DNA of 64,000 nt, taken from Patescibacteria group bacterium. Its GTDB lineage: Bacteria; Patescibacteriota; Patescibacteriia; UBA9934. Positions 36,682 through 47,800 of the stretch are shown here, piece after piece (positions within the stretch are counted from its first letter, which is position 1; each line of letters opens with the position of its first letter). Location of the stretch: NCBI GenBank assembly GCA_041666205.1, contig JBAYHI010000001.1:26894-90893 (forward strand), written 5' to 3'. The notes under the pieces were generated by a model. It was given only the letters and a program-made list of their open reading frames with translations. It was not told the DNA's origin and searched no databases. A program made the translations under genes and the position numbers.

Positions 36682-39240
36682 ATGAAAAAAGACGAATCAT
36701 TCATTATTTTTGACGGAAATGCACTTTTACATCGTGCATGGCACGCCATCCCTCCACTCACATCACCAAACGGTGTTGTGGTAAACGCAGTTTATGGCTT
36801 CATGAACATTGTTGAAAAAGTCATCGACACCCATCACCCACAATATATTGCTGTTGCATGGGATTTGCCTGGAAAAACATTCCGCCACGAGCAATTTGTG
36901 CCCTACAAGGCGCAGCGCGAGAAAAAAGAGCAAGCACTCTACGATCAAATTCCCATGATTCAGAAAATCCTTGGAGCTTACGGAATCCCCTGCTTATCGG
37001 CTGAGGGATTTGAAGCTGACGACGTGATTGCAACACTGGCAACCAAATATTCCAAAGAGGTGCCGGTCACGATTTTAACTGGTGATGCGGATACGCTTCA
37101 ACTTGTGTCGGATGATATTGAGGTTTTATCGTTCATCAAAGGGATTTCAGAAACAAAAACGTTCGATGCTGCTGCAGTAAAAGAGAAATTTGGCGTCACG
37201 CCAGCGCAAATGGTTGATTATAAGACGCTCATGGGTGATCCGTCAGATAATTTGCCAGGCGTAAAAGGAATTGGGAAAAAGACCGCGGTTATTATGCTCC
37301 AAACATATGGCACGGTCGATGGGATTTTTAAGGCGCTCAAGAATAATGAGCTGTCGGGTCGTGCTGCAACAAATCTCCATGGACAAGAGGCGGTCGCAGA
37401 GGAAATGAAGGGCCTTGTGACGCTTGTAAAAGACGTACCAATGACGTTTAAATTGTCTGATGCGAAGTTCGATCATCAAAATAAGGAAGAGATTCGACGC
37501 GAATTTGCAGATTTGGGTTTCAGAAAGCTGTTTGCGAAGTATTCTGACGAACCGCAAGAGTTCAAGAGTGCAAAATCAACGAGCGCAAAAGCCATGAACC
37601 TCTCGGAATTTACAAATAACGAGGTTTTTTTGGCTGTGCGAGGCAGTGGCAATACGCTCTTTGGAGAAAATTTGGAATCAATCGCGGTCTATGACGGAAA
37701 AAAGGTTTTTTCTATCTCGAATCCAAAAGAAAAAGAGATCGCGAGCATTCTTTCTTTCCTCAATAGCGCAACACTTGTTGTTGGACATGATTTGAAGACA
37801 GCAATGCATTTTATTGGGAAAATTGAGGCGCCACTGTTCGATACAATGGTCGCCGCTTATCTTTTGTCACCTGGCACACGTGTATTTGATCTGGAAACCG
37901 TACTTCGAGAGCAGATGAAATCTGAAAAGTCTGTTGAATCTGCTGAAGCAGAGGTTGCTATCCTTTTAGAACTTTCGGAAATTCTTAAGAAGAACCTTAA
38001 GAAAGAAGAAATGTGGAAATTGTCAGAAGAAATCGAAATGCCCCTTATTGCAATCCTTTTTGAGATGGAACAAAACGGCATTCAGGTTGATGAATATCGT
38101 CTCGCAGATCTTTCAAAGGAGTTCGAAACAGAGCTCGCGAGTCTTACGAAAGAGATTTTCAAACTCGCTGGCGAGGAATTCAATATCAATTCCCCATCAC
38201 AAATGGCACATATCTTGTTTAACGTCATGAAATTGCCAACCAAGGGCCTTAAAAAGACTAAGAGCGGATATTCAACGGCTGCGCCAGAACTTGAGAAGCT
38301 CTGGGACGAGAATCCAATTGTTGAAAAGATTTCGCAGTTCCGTGAATTTTCGAAACTCAAATCTACGTACGTTGATGCGTTGCCACTTCTTCTGAAATCC
38401 GACGGTCGCATCCACACAACCTATAATCAAACCGTTGCGGCAACCGGGCGATTATCATCTTCAGACCCGAATTTGCAAAATATCCCAACGCGCACGGAGC
38501 TTGGCCAAGAAATTCGCAAAGCATTTGTGGCTCCACGCGGATCTGTGCTGCTTTCCATGGATTATTCGCAGTTCGAGCTTCGTTTAGTTGCAGTGATGGC
38601 GCATGACAAGGCGTTTATTGAAGCGTTCCAAAAGGGCGCTGATATTCATCGTGTGGTTGCTGCACAAATCCTTGGGAAAAAAGATGAAGATGTTACAAAA
38701 GCCGAGCGTCAGGCTGCAAAGGCGATTAATTTCGGAATCCTCTACGGCATGGGCCCTCGCCATTTGGCACGAAGCACGGGATTTGAAATGGATGTTGCCA
38801 AGAAATTCATCGACAAATACTTCGAACTTCATCCAGGAATCCAAAAATATATCGATTCCATGAAGGAAAAAGCAAAGAAAGATGGATATGTTGAAACGCT
38901 ATTTGGGCGCAAGCGATATTTGCCCGATATTGATTCAGGAATTCAAATGCTCGTTTCTGGCGCAGAACGTATGGCTGTAAATATGCCAGTGCAAGGTACC
39001 CAAGCAGATCTCGTCAAAATGGCCATGATCGAGGTTCACAAATGGATGCAAAAACAAGATATCCCGCTCAAATTACTCCTGCAGGTGCACGACGAACTCG
39101 TTTTCGAGCTTGCAGAGAAGGATTTGAAAAAGGTCATGGAGCCAATTCGGGAGATTATGCAGGGAATTTGGAAGTCCGAGGTTCCACTCATTGTGGATTG
39201 CGAAGCAGGTCATAGCTGGGGAACGCTCGAGGCGGTGTAA
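36682..39240 (+). CDS. polA: DNA polymerase I
   Basis: DGNALLHRAWHA, EADD, GDPSDN, TGRLSS, DYSQFELR, KAINFG, QVHDE. Confidence 0.98.
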   Translation: MKKDESFIIFDGNALLHRAWHAIPPLTSPNGVVVNAVYGFMNIVEKVIDTHHPQYIAVAWDLPGKTFRHEQFVPYKAQREKKEQALYDQIPMIQKILGAYGIPCLSAEGFEADDVIATLATKYSKEVPVTILTGDADTLQLVSDDIEVLSFIKGISETKTFDAAAVKEKFGVTPAQMVDYKTLMGDPSDNLPGVKGIGKKTAVIMLQTYGTVDGIFKALKNNELSGRAATNLHGQEAVAEEMKGLVTLVKDVPMTFKLSDAKFDHQNKEEIRREFADLGFRKLFAKYSDEPQEFKSAKSTSAKAMNLSEFTNNEVFLAVRGSGNTLFGENLESIAVYDGKKVFSISNPKEKEIASILSFLNSATLVVGHDLKTAMHFIGKIEAPLFDTMVAAYLLSPGTRVFDLETVLREQMKSEKSVESAEAEVAILLELSEILKKNLKKEEMWKLSEEIEMPLIAILFEMEQNGIQVDEYRLADLSKEFETELASLTKEIFKLAGEEFNINSPSQMAHILFNVMKLPTKGLKKTKSGYSTAAPELEKLWDENPIVEKISQFREFSKLKSTYVDALPLLLKSDGRIHTTYNQTVAATGRLSSSDPNLQNIPTRTELGQEIRKAFVAPRGSVLLSMDYSQFELRLVAVMAHDKAFIEAFQKGADIHRVVAAQILGKKDEDVTKAERQAAKAINFGILYGMGPRHLARSTGFEMDVAKKFIDKYFELHPGIQKYIDSMKEKAKKDGYVETLFGRKRYLPDIDSGIQMLVSGAERMAVNMPVQGTQADLVKMAMIEVHKWMQKQDIPLKLLLQVHDELVFELAEKDLKKVMEPIREIMQGIWKSEVPLIVDCEAGHSWGTLEAV

Positions 39241-39302
39241 AAACAGTGAATAAAAGAGGCGCACATGGCGCCCCTTTTTTATGATAAGATATTCCAGCTG
39301 TG

Positions 39303-40271
39303 ATGTTATTTGTTTTTGGCTCCAATTCCCTACTTGCTTCGCAGAAGCTTCAAGAAATCAAGAAGCATTTTTTTGATCGATTCGATCAAAGCCACCTGAA
39401 TTTTGATGAAATCGAATTCGAGAAAAATCTCGAGGCATCGTCACTCGCCTCAAAAATCAATAATCCCCCATTCCTTTCAGAAAAGCGTCTTATTGTGCTT
39501 CGAAACGTTCTATCGGGTTTGACGAAAAAGGATGCCAAACCGTGGCTCAAGATTCTTGAAAACGTGCCGGACTACACGATTTTGGTTTTTATCGATGACG
39601 CGTCCGACGATGATTTTAAGAAAACGGAAATCGGCAAGACGTTTGTGGGCCAAAAAGACGTTTATCTTTACCCGTTCAACGACTTAACGCTTCATGAGTT
39701 ATTCGCGCTCGGAAAGAAAATTGCAAAGGAGAGCAATTTTGCGATCTCGGATGATTTATTGAAGATGCTTTTGGAAAAGACCGGTAATGACCCCTGGATG
39801 GTTCAAAACGAAATTGCCAAGCTTTCCGCATATTGCACGTCGCGAGCGTGCCAGAAGTCTGACCTTGAATTCGTGGGGCGTCATGAGTTCCACGACAGCA
39901 TGTTTGCGTTTTTAGATGCACTATCGAGCAAAAACAAGCAAAAAACATTCGTGCTTCTTGAGGAGCAACGCCGTCACGACCCGGATGATTTTTTCCTTTG
40001 GGTCATGCTAATGCGCCAGGTTAAGCTTCTTTTGGGCATTTCGGAATATCTCTCTAATCATCCTGGAGCCGGAAAAGAAGAAATCGCTGGTGCCTTGGGT
40101 CAACCACCATTTGTGGTGCAAAAGACGCTGCCATTTGTGAAAAAATTCCAAACGAATAAGCTTTTCTCCTTATATGCTTCCATGCTTGGAGCAGATAAGG
40201 CCCTAAAACATAGCCAGATTGCTCCTCATATCCTGGTGGAGAAATTAGTCTTTGGACTCCTAAACGCTTGA
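39303..40271 (+). CDS. holA: DNA polymerase III delta subunit
   Basis: PFLSEKRLIV, NEIAKL, PFVVQK; holA-rpsT synteny. Confidence 0.88.
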   Translation: MLFVFGSNSLLASQKLQEIKKHFFDRFDQSHLNFDEIEFEKNLEASSLASKINNPPFLSEKRLIVLRNVLSGLTKKDAKPWLKILENVPDYTILVFIDDASDDDFKKTEIGKTFVGQKDVYLYPFNDLTLHELFALGKKIAKESNFAISDDLLKMLLEKTGNDPWMVQNEIAKLSAYCTSRACQKSDLEFVGRHEFHDSMFAFLDALSSKNKQKTFVLLEEQRRHDPDDFFLWVMLMRQVKLLLGISEYLSNHPGAGKEEIAGALGQPPFVVQKTLPFVKKFQTNKLFSLYASMLGADKALKHSQIAPHILVEKLVFGLLNA

Positions 40272-40323
40272 CGAATTATCGTTTTTCACATAGACTTCAT
40301 GCAGTTCGACCCAATTTAACTCT

Positions 40324-40587
40324 ATGCCAAATTTAGATAACGCCAAAAAAGCCCTCCGACAAAGCATTAAAAACGCGCAGCGAAACGCGGTTGTTATGGA
40401 AGAACTCCATTCGCTTCGACGCCAATATCGACTTCTCGTTAGCGGCAAAAAATTGCAAGAAGCTGAAAAACTTCTTTCAACCATCTACAAGAAAGCCGAT
40501 AAGGCAGTTTCCAAAGGCGTCATTAAGAAAAACGCCGCAGCTCGTATCAAATCGCGAATCACGGTTGCACTCAAAAAAGCAAAATAA
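40324..40587 (+). CDS. rpsT: 30S ribosomal protein S20
   Basis: AKKALRQS, DKAVSKGVIKKNAAARIKSR. Confidence 0.97.
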   Translation: MPNLDNAKKALRQSIKNAQRNAVVMEELHSLRRQYRLLVSGKKLQEAEKLLSTIYKKADKAVSKGVIKKNAAARIKSRITVALKKAK

Positions 40588-40613
40588 AAATCAGGCCCTC
40601 GGGCCTGATTTTT

Positions 40614-41711
40614 TTATTCAATCATGGTTTTTGAAACATCATCGACTTCGATGATTTGATCAAGGGAGCCATTCGTAATTTTTATCACATCCTTGCTCAA
40701 TTTTCCTAGTTCTTTATTTGAGGAATTGTATTGATTTACAACTGTATCGAGATTTTTACCCAATCGATTGTGGTAGTCGGCAAATGCCATCATGTGTTTT
40801 TGGAACTCCCCTACTCTTTTGAGAATTTCTTGCGTTGATTGTTCGAGTTGTAATTCACGCAGGCCCAGTAATACCGTTTGCAAATAGGCATAAAATGACG
40901 TTGGTGAGACGATCATGACATGCTGTTGGAATGCGTATTCGACGAGGCTGCGGCTGTTAACGCCCGATCCAACTTCCGCGTTCATGAGATTGTAATAGAC
41001 GCCTTCAGCCGGGATGAACATGAAGGCAAAATTCATTGTATTTTGATGTATTTGGATATATTTTGCCGTTTCGTCAATGCGATTTTTCACATCAGCTTTG
41101 AACGCGCGCTCAGCAAGCGTCCGTTTCTCTACATCATTCTCCCCCATCATTCGATTGTAATTTTCTAGGGAGAATTTTGAATCAATAGGAATAATTAGCC
41201 CGCGAACAAAGATTACTGCGTCTGCAATAAGCTTTTGATTTGTTTTTTCATCGGTCCCCATTGCATATTGCATTTGATAGCTATCTTTTGGCAATACATT
41301 TGAGAGGAGGGACTCAAGAAAGTATTCCCCTACAACTCCGCGTTGCTTTGGGCTCTTAAAAATTTCTTGCAAATTTTGTAATTGATCCGAAAAATTCAGC
41401 ACTTGTTTATTGGTGTCATGCAATTCTGTCATTTTCTGCGTGACTTCTTGAATGATTTTTGCCGTATCTGAAAATTGTTTTTGCATTGCATCGTTTGAAG
41501 ACGTCAGCCCGCGATTGACAGTGTCGTTCACGCGATCAAGGCGTGTTTGCATCTCTTGGCGTTGCTCAAACGTAAGTCGATTCATGTCTTCGCGGATTTG
41601 TTTGATTTCCGTGGCAACGGTTTGGTCGACTGGAGAGGATTTTTTCAAAAAAATCCCGGCTAGAACCACGCTAATGAGAATAATAAGGAGAATGACGATA
41701 AAATAATCCAT
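40614..41711 (-). CDS. rmuC: DNA recombination protein RmuC
   Basis: KQRGVVGE..LE, IDSKF, FMFIPAEG, VSPT. Confidence 0.93.
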   Translation of the reverse strand: MDYFIVILLIILISVVLAGIFLKKSSPVDQTVATEIKQIREDMNRLTFEQRQEMQTRLDRVNDTVNRGLTSSNDAMQKQFSDTAKIIQEVTQKMTELHDTNKQVLNFSDQLQNLQEIFKSPKQRGVVGEYFLESLLSNVLPKDSYQMQYAMGTDEKTNQKLIADAVIFVRGLIIPIDSKFSLENYNRMMGENDVEKRTLAERAFKADVKNRIDETAKYIQIHQNTMNFAFMFIPAEGVYYNLMNAEVGSGVNSRSLVEYAFQQHVMIVSPTSFYAYLQTVLLGLRELQLEQSTQEILKRVGEFQKHMMAFADYHNRLGKNLDTVVNQYNSSNKELGKLSKDVIKITNGSLDQIIEVDDVSKTMIE

Positions 41712-41845
41712 AGATGTAGTGGCATTATAGACTCTTCGCTCATTCCTGCCTAGACAAAAATGAAAAAATGTCGTATGATTTTTCTGTTCAAAAGATATCG
41801 CTTAGATATTTTACGACACTCAGTTCCATGTGAACCTCGCAATTT

Positions 41846-41922
41846 GATCCTGTAGCTCAACTGGATAGAGCAGGTCCGTCCTAAGGACAAGGTTACAGGT
41901 TCAAATCCTGTCAGGATCACCA
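41846..41922 (+). tRNA. tRNA-Arg(CCT)
   Basis: GATCCTG/CAGGATC acceptor, anticodon loop GTCCTAA, CCA. Confidence 0.92.
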
Positions 41923-41957
41923 GCCTTCGCTCCTTCGGAGCTACGGCTGGCGGGCCA
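41920..41957 (+). repeat. tRNA-trailing palindromic repeat (second copy 42187-42224)
   Basis: CCAGCCTTCGCTCCTTCGGAGCTACGGCTGGCGGGCCA versus CCAGCCTTCACTCCTTCGGAGTTTCGGCTGGCAGGCCA. Confidence 0.85.
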
Positions 41958-41991
41958 GCCATGGTTCGGTGAATAGCAAATGGTGAGCGTC

Positions 41992-42099
41992 ATGGATTTT
42001 GATGGATGGCTAGGAGAAAATCGAGCAACTAGGAAGCGTACCTATATGGTACGATGACGAAGTGCGGAGGTTTTCGACAGCGCCAGACGCAAAATCCAT
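41992..42099. repeat. 108-bp nested palindromic element (RPE/MITE-like)
   Basis: Terminal inverted repeat ATGGATTTTG/CAAAATCCAT; central CGTACC/GGTACG hairpin. Confidence 0.6.
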
Positions 42100-42113
42100 A
42101 GCGAACAGAATAC

Positions 42114-42189
42114 GGGCCTATAGCTCAGTTGGTAGAGCGCTGCATTCGCATTGCAGAGGTCGGCGGTTCGAATCCGCCTAGGTCCACCA
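42114..42189 (+). tRNA. tRNA-Ala(CGC)
   Basis: G3:U70 pair, anticodon CGC, CCA. Confidence 0.95.
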
Positions 42190-42327
42190 GCCTTCACTCC
42201 TTCGGAGTTTCGGCTGGCAGGCCATCCTGTCAGACGATCTCGGGATTAGTGAAGGCTGTCCTCCGAAGCTCTGTCCTACAGAGCGTAGGAAGACGCGAAC
42301 ATAATTGATGAACAAAAGAAAGTATTT

Positions 42328-42750
42328 ATGCCAAGTGAATATCCAAAATTCCCTGTCGGCGTGAATGCTTTTGTTGTTAGAGACGGAAAATTGCTCTTAG
42401 GTAAGAGAAAAAATGTGTATGGCGCCGGTACTTGGGCATTACCTGGCGGGCATCTTGAGAGTGGGGAATCGATGATTTTTGCAGTTGGTAGAGAGCTTCG
42501 AGAAGAAACAGGGCTAATTGCCAATGAATTCACGTTTGTTAGCCTTGTAAATGATCATCGAGACGGTGAATTGCAGTATATGCAGGTAGGATTTTTCGTA
42601 AAGGATGCCATGGGAGACCCAAAAGTATGCGAGCCGGATCGTTGTGATGGTTGGCAATGGTTTTCGATCGATGACCTCCCAAACGATTTGTTCGTGGCTC
42701 ACAAAAAACTTATTCAGAATTTTTTCGACGGAAGACATTTTGATGAGTAG
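42328..42750 (+). CDS. NUDIX hydrolase (MutT/NUDT15-like)
   Basis: PGGHLESGE......RELREETGL, EPDRC.GW.WF. Confidence 0.93.
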   Translation: MPSEYPKFPVGVNAFVVRDGKLLLGKRKNVYGAGTWALPGGHLESGESMIFAVGRELREETGLIANEFTFVSLVNDHRDGELQYMQVGFFVKDAMGDPKVCEPDRCDGWQWFSIDDLPNDLFVAHKKLIQNFFDGRHFDE

Positions 42751-42852
42751 TACGACGGAAAAACGATGGCCATCCGAGCCATTTTTTGTTTATTGCAGTT
42801 CAGCGATTTGTCAAGTCTAAAGTAGACAAAATTGAAGCGTTACAGTGAGTAC

Positions 42853-42983
42853 TTATCCACAAGAACGGGCTGAAATAACAGGTTACGCATAGTTTATCCA
42901 CAGGTGTTTAGAAAAAAATATTAGTTTTTTGGCTTTGTTTAGCAAAATTATTCTTTGACGATTTCATGTGTTCAATATAGAAT
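42853..42983 (+). promoter_or_regulatory. Two DnaA boxes and promoter of the surface operon
   Basis: TTATCCACA 42853-42861 and 42894-42902; TTGACG 42955-42960, 17 bp, TAGAAT 42978-42983. Confidence 0.7.
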
Positions 42984-42991
42984 GACTGTGT

Positions 42992-43915
42992 ATGAAAAAG
43001 CTGTTCTTCATTTTGGCTTCTTTCGCGTTTTGCGGAAGTTTGTGTTCAATTTCTTTTGCGTTTGCCGAGATGTCGTCCACGAACTACATTATTAAGTTCG
43101 ACGACATCAGCGTTGGCGGTGGCGATACGGGTACCTCGGCTTCTTATCGATTGCGCGATACCGTTGGAGGATCGGCAATTTCACAATCAACATCAACCTC
43201 GTACGAAATGAACCCGGCCTATCGCGAGGGAATTTACGATCGTGTTGCGGCGTTTGAGGTATTCATTCAAGATAAAAGCTCGCAAGTTGCGGCAACTTCC
43301 CTCAGTGGAAAGACGCTCGTCGTTACAAATGCATCAGGATTTGCTACGGGCGATATGATAGCTGTTGTGCAAAATGAGGGTAGCTCACAGGTTTCAGCAA
43401 TCGGGAAGATCATAACGATTATTGGCACAACAATTACGCTCGACGGCATTGCAGACAATGGCACAACGCCAACCATTGATGGTGTGACCGATTATGCTTA
43501 TGTAATGGATGCGACATCACTGAGTTTGGGGGCGCTTTCAAATCGAATAGTGACAACTGGTCTTATTGGGTGGCAGGTGTCTGCCGATGTAGACGGCGGT
43601 TATGATATTTACATTGCCGAAGATGGGCTACTTCGCGATTCCGTATCGGGGTATACGATCCCGGCAGTTGCAGATGGCGCTGTTTCGGAAGGAAACTCAG
43701 AGTATGGTGCAATATCGTCGGATTTGAGCCTTGGCGCTTCAACATTTGATACGCAAGACACAGCGTTTTCAACATCGTTACAACAAATCGCAAGTCGCGA
43801 TGACGCAACGCTAAATTCTCGAGATTTTCTAACCCTCAAGGCCACTTCATCTTCAACGCAGGCGATCGCTTCGTACTCGCATGCACTGTCACTTTTGTAT
43901 GTGGGGGATTACTAA
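42992..43915 (+). CDS. Secreted Ser/Thr-rich surface protein (WxL/pilin-like beta fold suspected)
   Basis: Signal peptide AFA-E, MSSTNY N-terminus, C-terminal Y...L......Y strand. Confidence 0.65.
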   Translation: MKKLFFILASFAFCGSLCSISFAFAEMSSTNYIIKFDDISVGGGDTGTSASYRLRDTVGGSAISQSTSTSYEMNPAYREGIYDRVAAFEVFIQDKSSQVAATSLSGKTLVVTNASGFATGDMIAVVQNEGSSQVSAIGKIITIIGTTITLDGIADNGTTPTIDGVTDYAYVMDATSLSLGALSNRIVTTGLIGWQVSADVDGGYDIYIAEDGLLRDSVSGYTIPAVADGAVSEGNSEYGAISSDLSLGASTFDTQDTAFSTSLQQIASRDDATLNSRDFLTLKATSSSTQAIASYSHALSLLYVGDY

Positions 43916-44810
43916 AATTTTATCCGTTACATTTTTTTCTGTTCTGGTTCCTTTTTCGTTTGTGCGGGCGGTCACGTTGTTTCCGGAAAATGCGAATGTC
44001 TCCGTGAATCCGGGCGAGACGCAAACAATACAACTCATTGTTGCAAATGATGGGTTTGCTGAGAAAACCTACATTATTACAATCGTTCAAGGGGCGCTTG
44101 ATCCTGTTTCGGGCGATATCATGTTTACGGAAGATGAGTCTCTGCGTGATTGGATTGCGTCCGATATTGATTCAGCCACGATCGCGCCAATGAATCAGGT
44201 AACGCTCGAGATCTCCATACGTCCAAACGCAACAGTAGTACCGGGAAATTACATCGCGGGGGTGCAAGTACAAGAACGTGTTCCAGCCGATGGAACCGTT
44301 GCGGTTTCCTCGGGATTTATCAGCCTGCTGTTTCTTACTGTAGGGGATTCGTTAACGCAAAACGTCGAGCTTCTTGATTTTTCATCGTCAATACATTTTT
44401 TTGCACACCTCCCGGTGCAATTTTTTGCTACAATGAAGAATAGCGGGGAAGCAATGAGTCAACCTGGCGGGGCAGTTACAATCCGAGATCTGTTTGGAAA
44501 TATTGTGACGGCAGTGCCATTTAATTCCGGGGCCAATCGTCTTCTTCCGGGCCAGACACGTACGCTGGTGTCGCAATGGGGAAGTGACGCAGATGTAAAA
44601 GGATTTTTTGCACACGTTGTGCAAGAATATAAAGGTCTTTGCATCGGCATTTTCAAAGCGGAAGCTGTGATTGTGCCGTTTGAGAACGTTGCAATTACGC
44701 CAGATGCGATTTGGATCATCGTATTCCCGTGGCACCTTGTTCTTTGTATGAGTTCGGTTCTTATTGCGGTCTTGTTCCTAGCCTTTGTGTTCCAAAGAAA
44801 GCGATTATGA
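43881..44810 (+). CDS. Two-Ig-domain membrane-anchored protein (DUF916/WxL-interacting-like); exact start uncertain
   Basis: V.PGET...L.V.N, P.A..PGNY, N.G....P.G.VTI.DLFG, LPGQTR, IVFPW plus TM and basic tail. Confidence 0.65.
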   Translation: MHCHFCMWGITKILSVTFFSVLVPFSFVRAVTLFPENANVSVNPGETQTIQLIVANDGFAEKTYIITIVQGALDPVSGDIMFTEDESLRDWIASDIDSATIAPMNQVTLEISIRPNATVVPGNYIAGVQVQERVPADGTVAVSSGFISLLFLTVGDSLTQNVELLDFSSSIHFFAHLPVQFFATMKNSGEAMSQPGGAVTIRDLFGNIVTAVPFNSGANRLLPGQTRTLVSQWGSDADVKGFFAHVVQEYKGLCIGIFKAEAVIVPFENVAITPDAIWIIVFPWHLVLCMSSVLIAVLFLAFVFQRKRL

Positions 44811-47800
44811 TGAATTTGGTGAATCGATGTTTTTTTGGGGCAGTCGTTGTAACGATTGCCTTTTTTGCGTGTGGAAATTCTGTTGTATCTGCTGCATCAA
44901 TTACTAACGTATATGATCAACCTTCGACACTCCTCATTTCAACTGCATCAAACCACAATTTTACGATCGTCCCCACAAGTAATATCGACGAGGGCGATAC
45001 GCTTACACTCACATTTCCTTCCGGATTCACAACTGCGTCGATTACCGAGGACGACGTTGACATTGCAGATGATTCGGTAGATCTCACGACCGCAAGCGAT
45101 AGTTGTGCTGGCGCGGAACAAGCGAGTGTTGTGATGGCTTCAAATATTTTAACGATAACAGTTTGTGCCGGTGATGGTGGAACAATTGCCGCCGGGAGTA
45201 CAGTAGCGATTGAAATTGGACTCAATGCATCTGCAAGTGGAACGGGCGCAAATCAAATCACAAATCCATCGGCTGTAGCAACATATTTTATAGCGCTAGC
45301 TGGCACGTTTGGAGATTTTGGCTCGATTCCAATCCCAATTCTCAGTCGTGTGGGTGGCACGGCATCTGCAACCGTTCCATCATTTGCAGCGGGAGGGTCG
45401 GGTGAAGAACCGTCGCCGTCGTACATGATTACACTCGATGCACCAAACGGAGGTGAATCACTCGATTACGGCGACGCACAAAATATTACTTGGTCGAATG
45501 GAGCTGCAATTCCACTCATCGACATTTATTATTCAACTGATTCCGGAGCATCCTATGCGCTTATTGCTGCCGGCCAGACAAATGACGGCTTGTATTCCTG
45601 GACTGTGCCTGACGTGACGACCACTCGCGCGCGTGTGCGTGTGGATGGAATGGACGGATCAGCAACACTGGCAACCGACGCGTCAGACGCAGATTTTACG
45701 ATCATCGGGTCATCCATTGGCGCGGATTATCTTGTGACGGTCACAAGCCCAAATGGGGGAGAGAGTTATGAGCAAGGCGTTTCGCGCACAATCACGTGGA
45801 CCAGTGGCTCACTCATTTCTACGGTCAACATTTTGTATTCGACAAATGGGGGCAGTAGCTATACAAGCATTGCGTCAGGCGAATCCAACGATGGCGCATA
45901 TACGTGGACTGTGCCGGTCGTTGTTACCGCAGATGCAAAAATTAAAATCGAAGGGATCGTGGGAGCACTTCAAATATCGTCCGATGAATCAGATGGCGCG
46001 TTTAGCATCACAGCACCAGTCGTAATTGAGGAACCTGAGCCGGAGATTCCGCCCGTGGAGCCACCTGTTGAACCGCCCGTGGAACCCCCGACAGAACCAC
46101 CCACGACTCCTCCGACTGAATCGCCAACGACTCCACCCGTGACTCCACCGGGAGGCGCTGAACCCGGCACGGAAACGCCAGCCACACCTTCGCCAACAAC
46201 TACCGAGATAGAAGGTGTGGAACACGAGGTGAACGTTACGGTCACGACTGAAGACGGGTCTATTGCGCTTGGTGGCGACGAAGGCGCTTATGTTTTGCCG
46301 GGAATGCCGGTTCTTGTGCGTGTTATTGCTGAAGACACTGAGAAAATTGAAGACGTTTCAGTGACGATTGGTAACCGAACGTATATGCCGTCAGAAGTCT
46401 CTGACGGGGTTTATGTTGTGTCAGCTCCAATTGCCGGGGGTGTAACAAATGTCACGGTTATCACGACCTATACCGACGGAGAGACCACATCTACGGTGGG
46501 GTTGGCACAAATGGGATACGGTATCGTGTATGAAATCGTGGATGACGCATGGGTTCCCGTGTCTGGCGCATTGGTAACTGTGCAAGATTGGAGTGGGGTG
46601 AATAACCCAGCGATCACGGGTTCCGATGGTGCGGTTGGATGGTATGCGCCAAACGGTTCTTATACGGTGCGCGTTGAAAAAGAGGGCTACGAGACGAAAG
46701 AAGTGGGGCTTTCGGTTTCAAATAATGTATTGGCGCCAAACGTTGAGCTCACAAAAACCGCTGAAGAAATCATCGAAGAGGTAATTCCTGGCGAAACAAT
46801 TGTGCCGGTTGTTGTGTCAGAAACCGTTCAAGTGATCTCCCAAAGCGTGACACAAGTTGCGACCGCGGTTTCGGACGCGGTTATTGCGGTTCGAGAAAAT
46901 CAGGCGGTGCAAGATGTTGCAACCGTTGCGACGCCGGTTATGGTTGTCTCTGCTGTATCGAGCGCGGCGGTTCTCTCAACATCGTTCAATTTGTGGCCGA
47001 TTTTGCAATATCTCTTCACGGCACCGATTCTTTTCTTTGCGCGCCGTCGCCGACAGAATTTCGGCATCGTTTACAACTCAATCACCAAAGTGCCAATCGA
47101 TTTGGCTGTTGTACGACTTTACGACGCACAAGCCAAACTTGTACGCACCATGGTAACGGATTCAGACGGTCGCTATTTCTTCAATGTTGACGCTGGTAAA
47201 TACTTTATTCGTGTTACAAAACCCGGATTTACATTCCCAAGCGCGTATTTATCGGGCGTGAAAGCAGACGGGAATTTCGTGGATATTTATACGCAGGGCT
47301 ATTTGGAAGTAACCGAACAATCCGTCATTATTGCGGCCAATATCCCACTTGATCCGGTGAGCGAAGAGGGCGCAAAAGCCACAAAACGGATTCGGAAGGA
47401 CAAAATTTTACGTGTTTTTCAAAATTCCGTGGCCCTCGCTGGCATTATTTTGGCGATCTACATCGTCGTGATTCAACCGTCCGCGTTTTCATGGTTGATG
47501 CTTGGTGTGCAGGTTCTGTTATATGTTGGCACTAAGCTTCTCATTCGACCTCGCAAAAAGAAAGGGTGGGGAATTGTATATGGTGCAGAAGATCGTTCGC
47601 CAATTGCAAATGCAATCGTTCGTCTTTTTGAGCCGAAGTACCATAAATTGCTTGAAACTGCGATCACGGATCGCAAAGGACGCTATGCGTTTATGGTGGG
47701 ACCAAACGAATATTATGCCTCGTTTGAGAAGCCCGGGTACGAGACGCGCGAGGTGCGACCAATTGACTATCGAAACAAGAAAGAACTTACCCCCATCTCG

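Noticed and set aside
46030-46200. Pro-rich repeat as CRISPR or contingency repeat
   Set aside because: Degenerate codons of a PPVE/PPTT linker; no constant repeat-spacer structure. No CRISPR array seen anywhere in the window.
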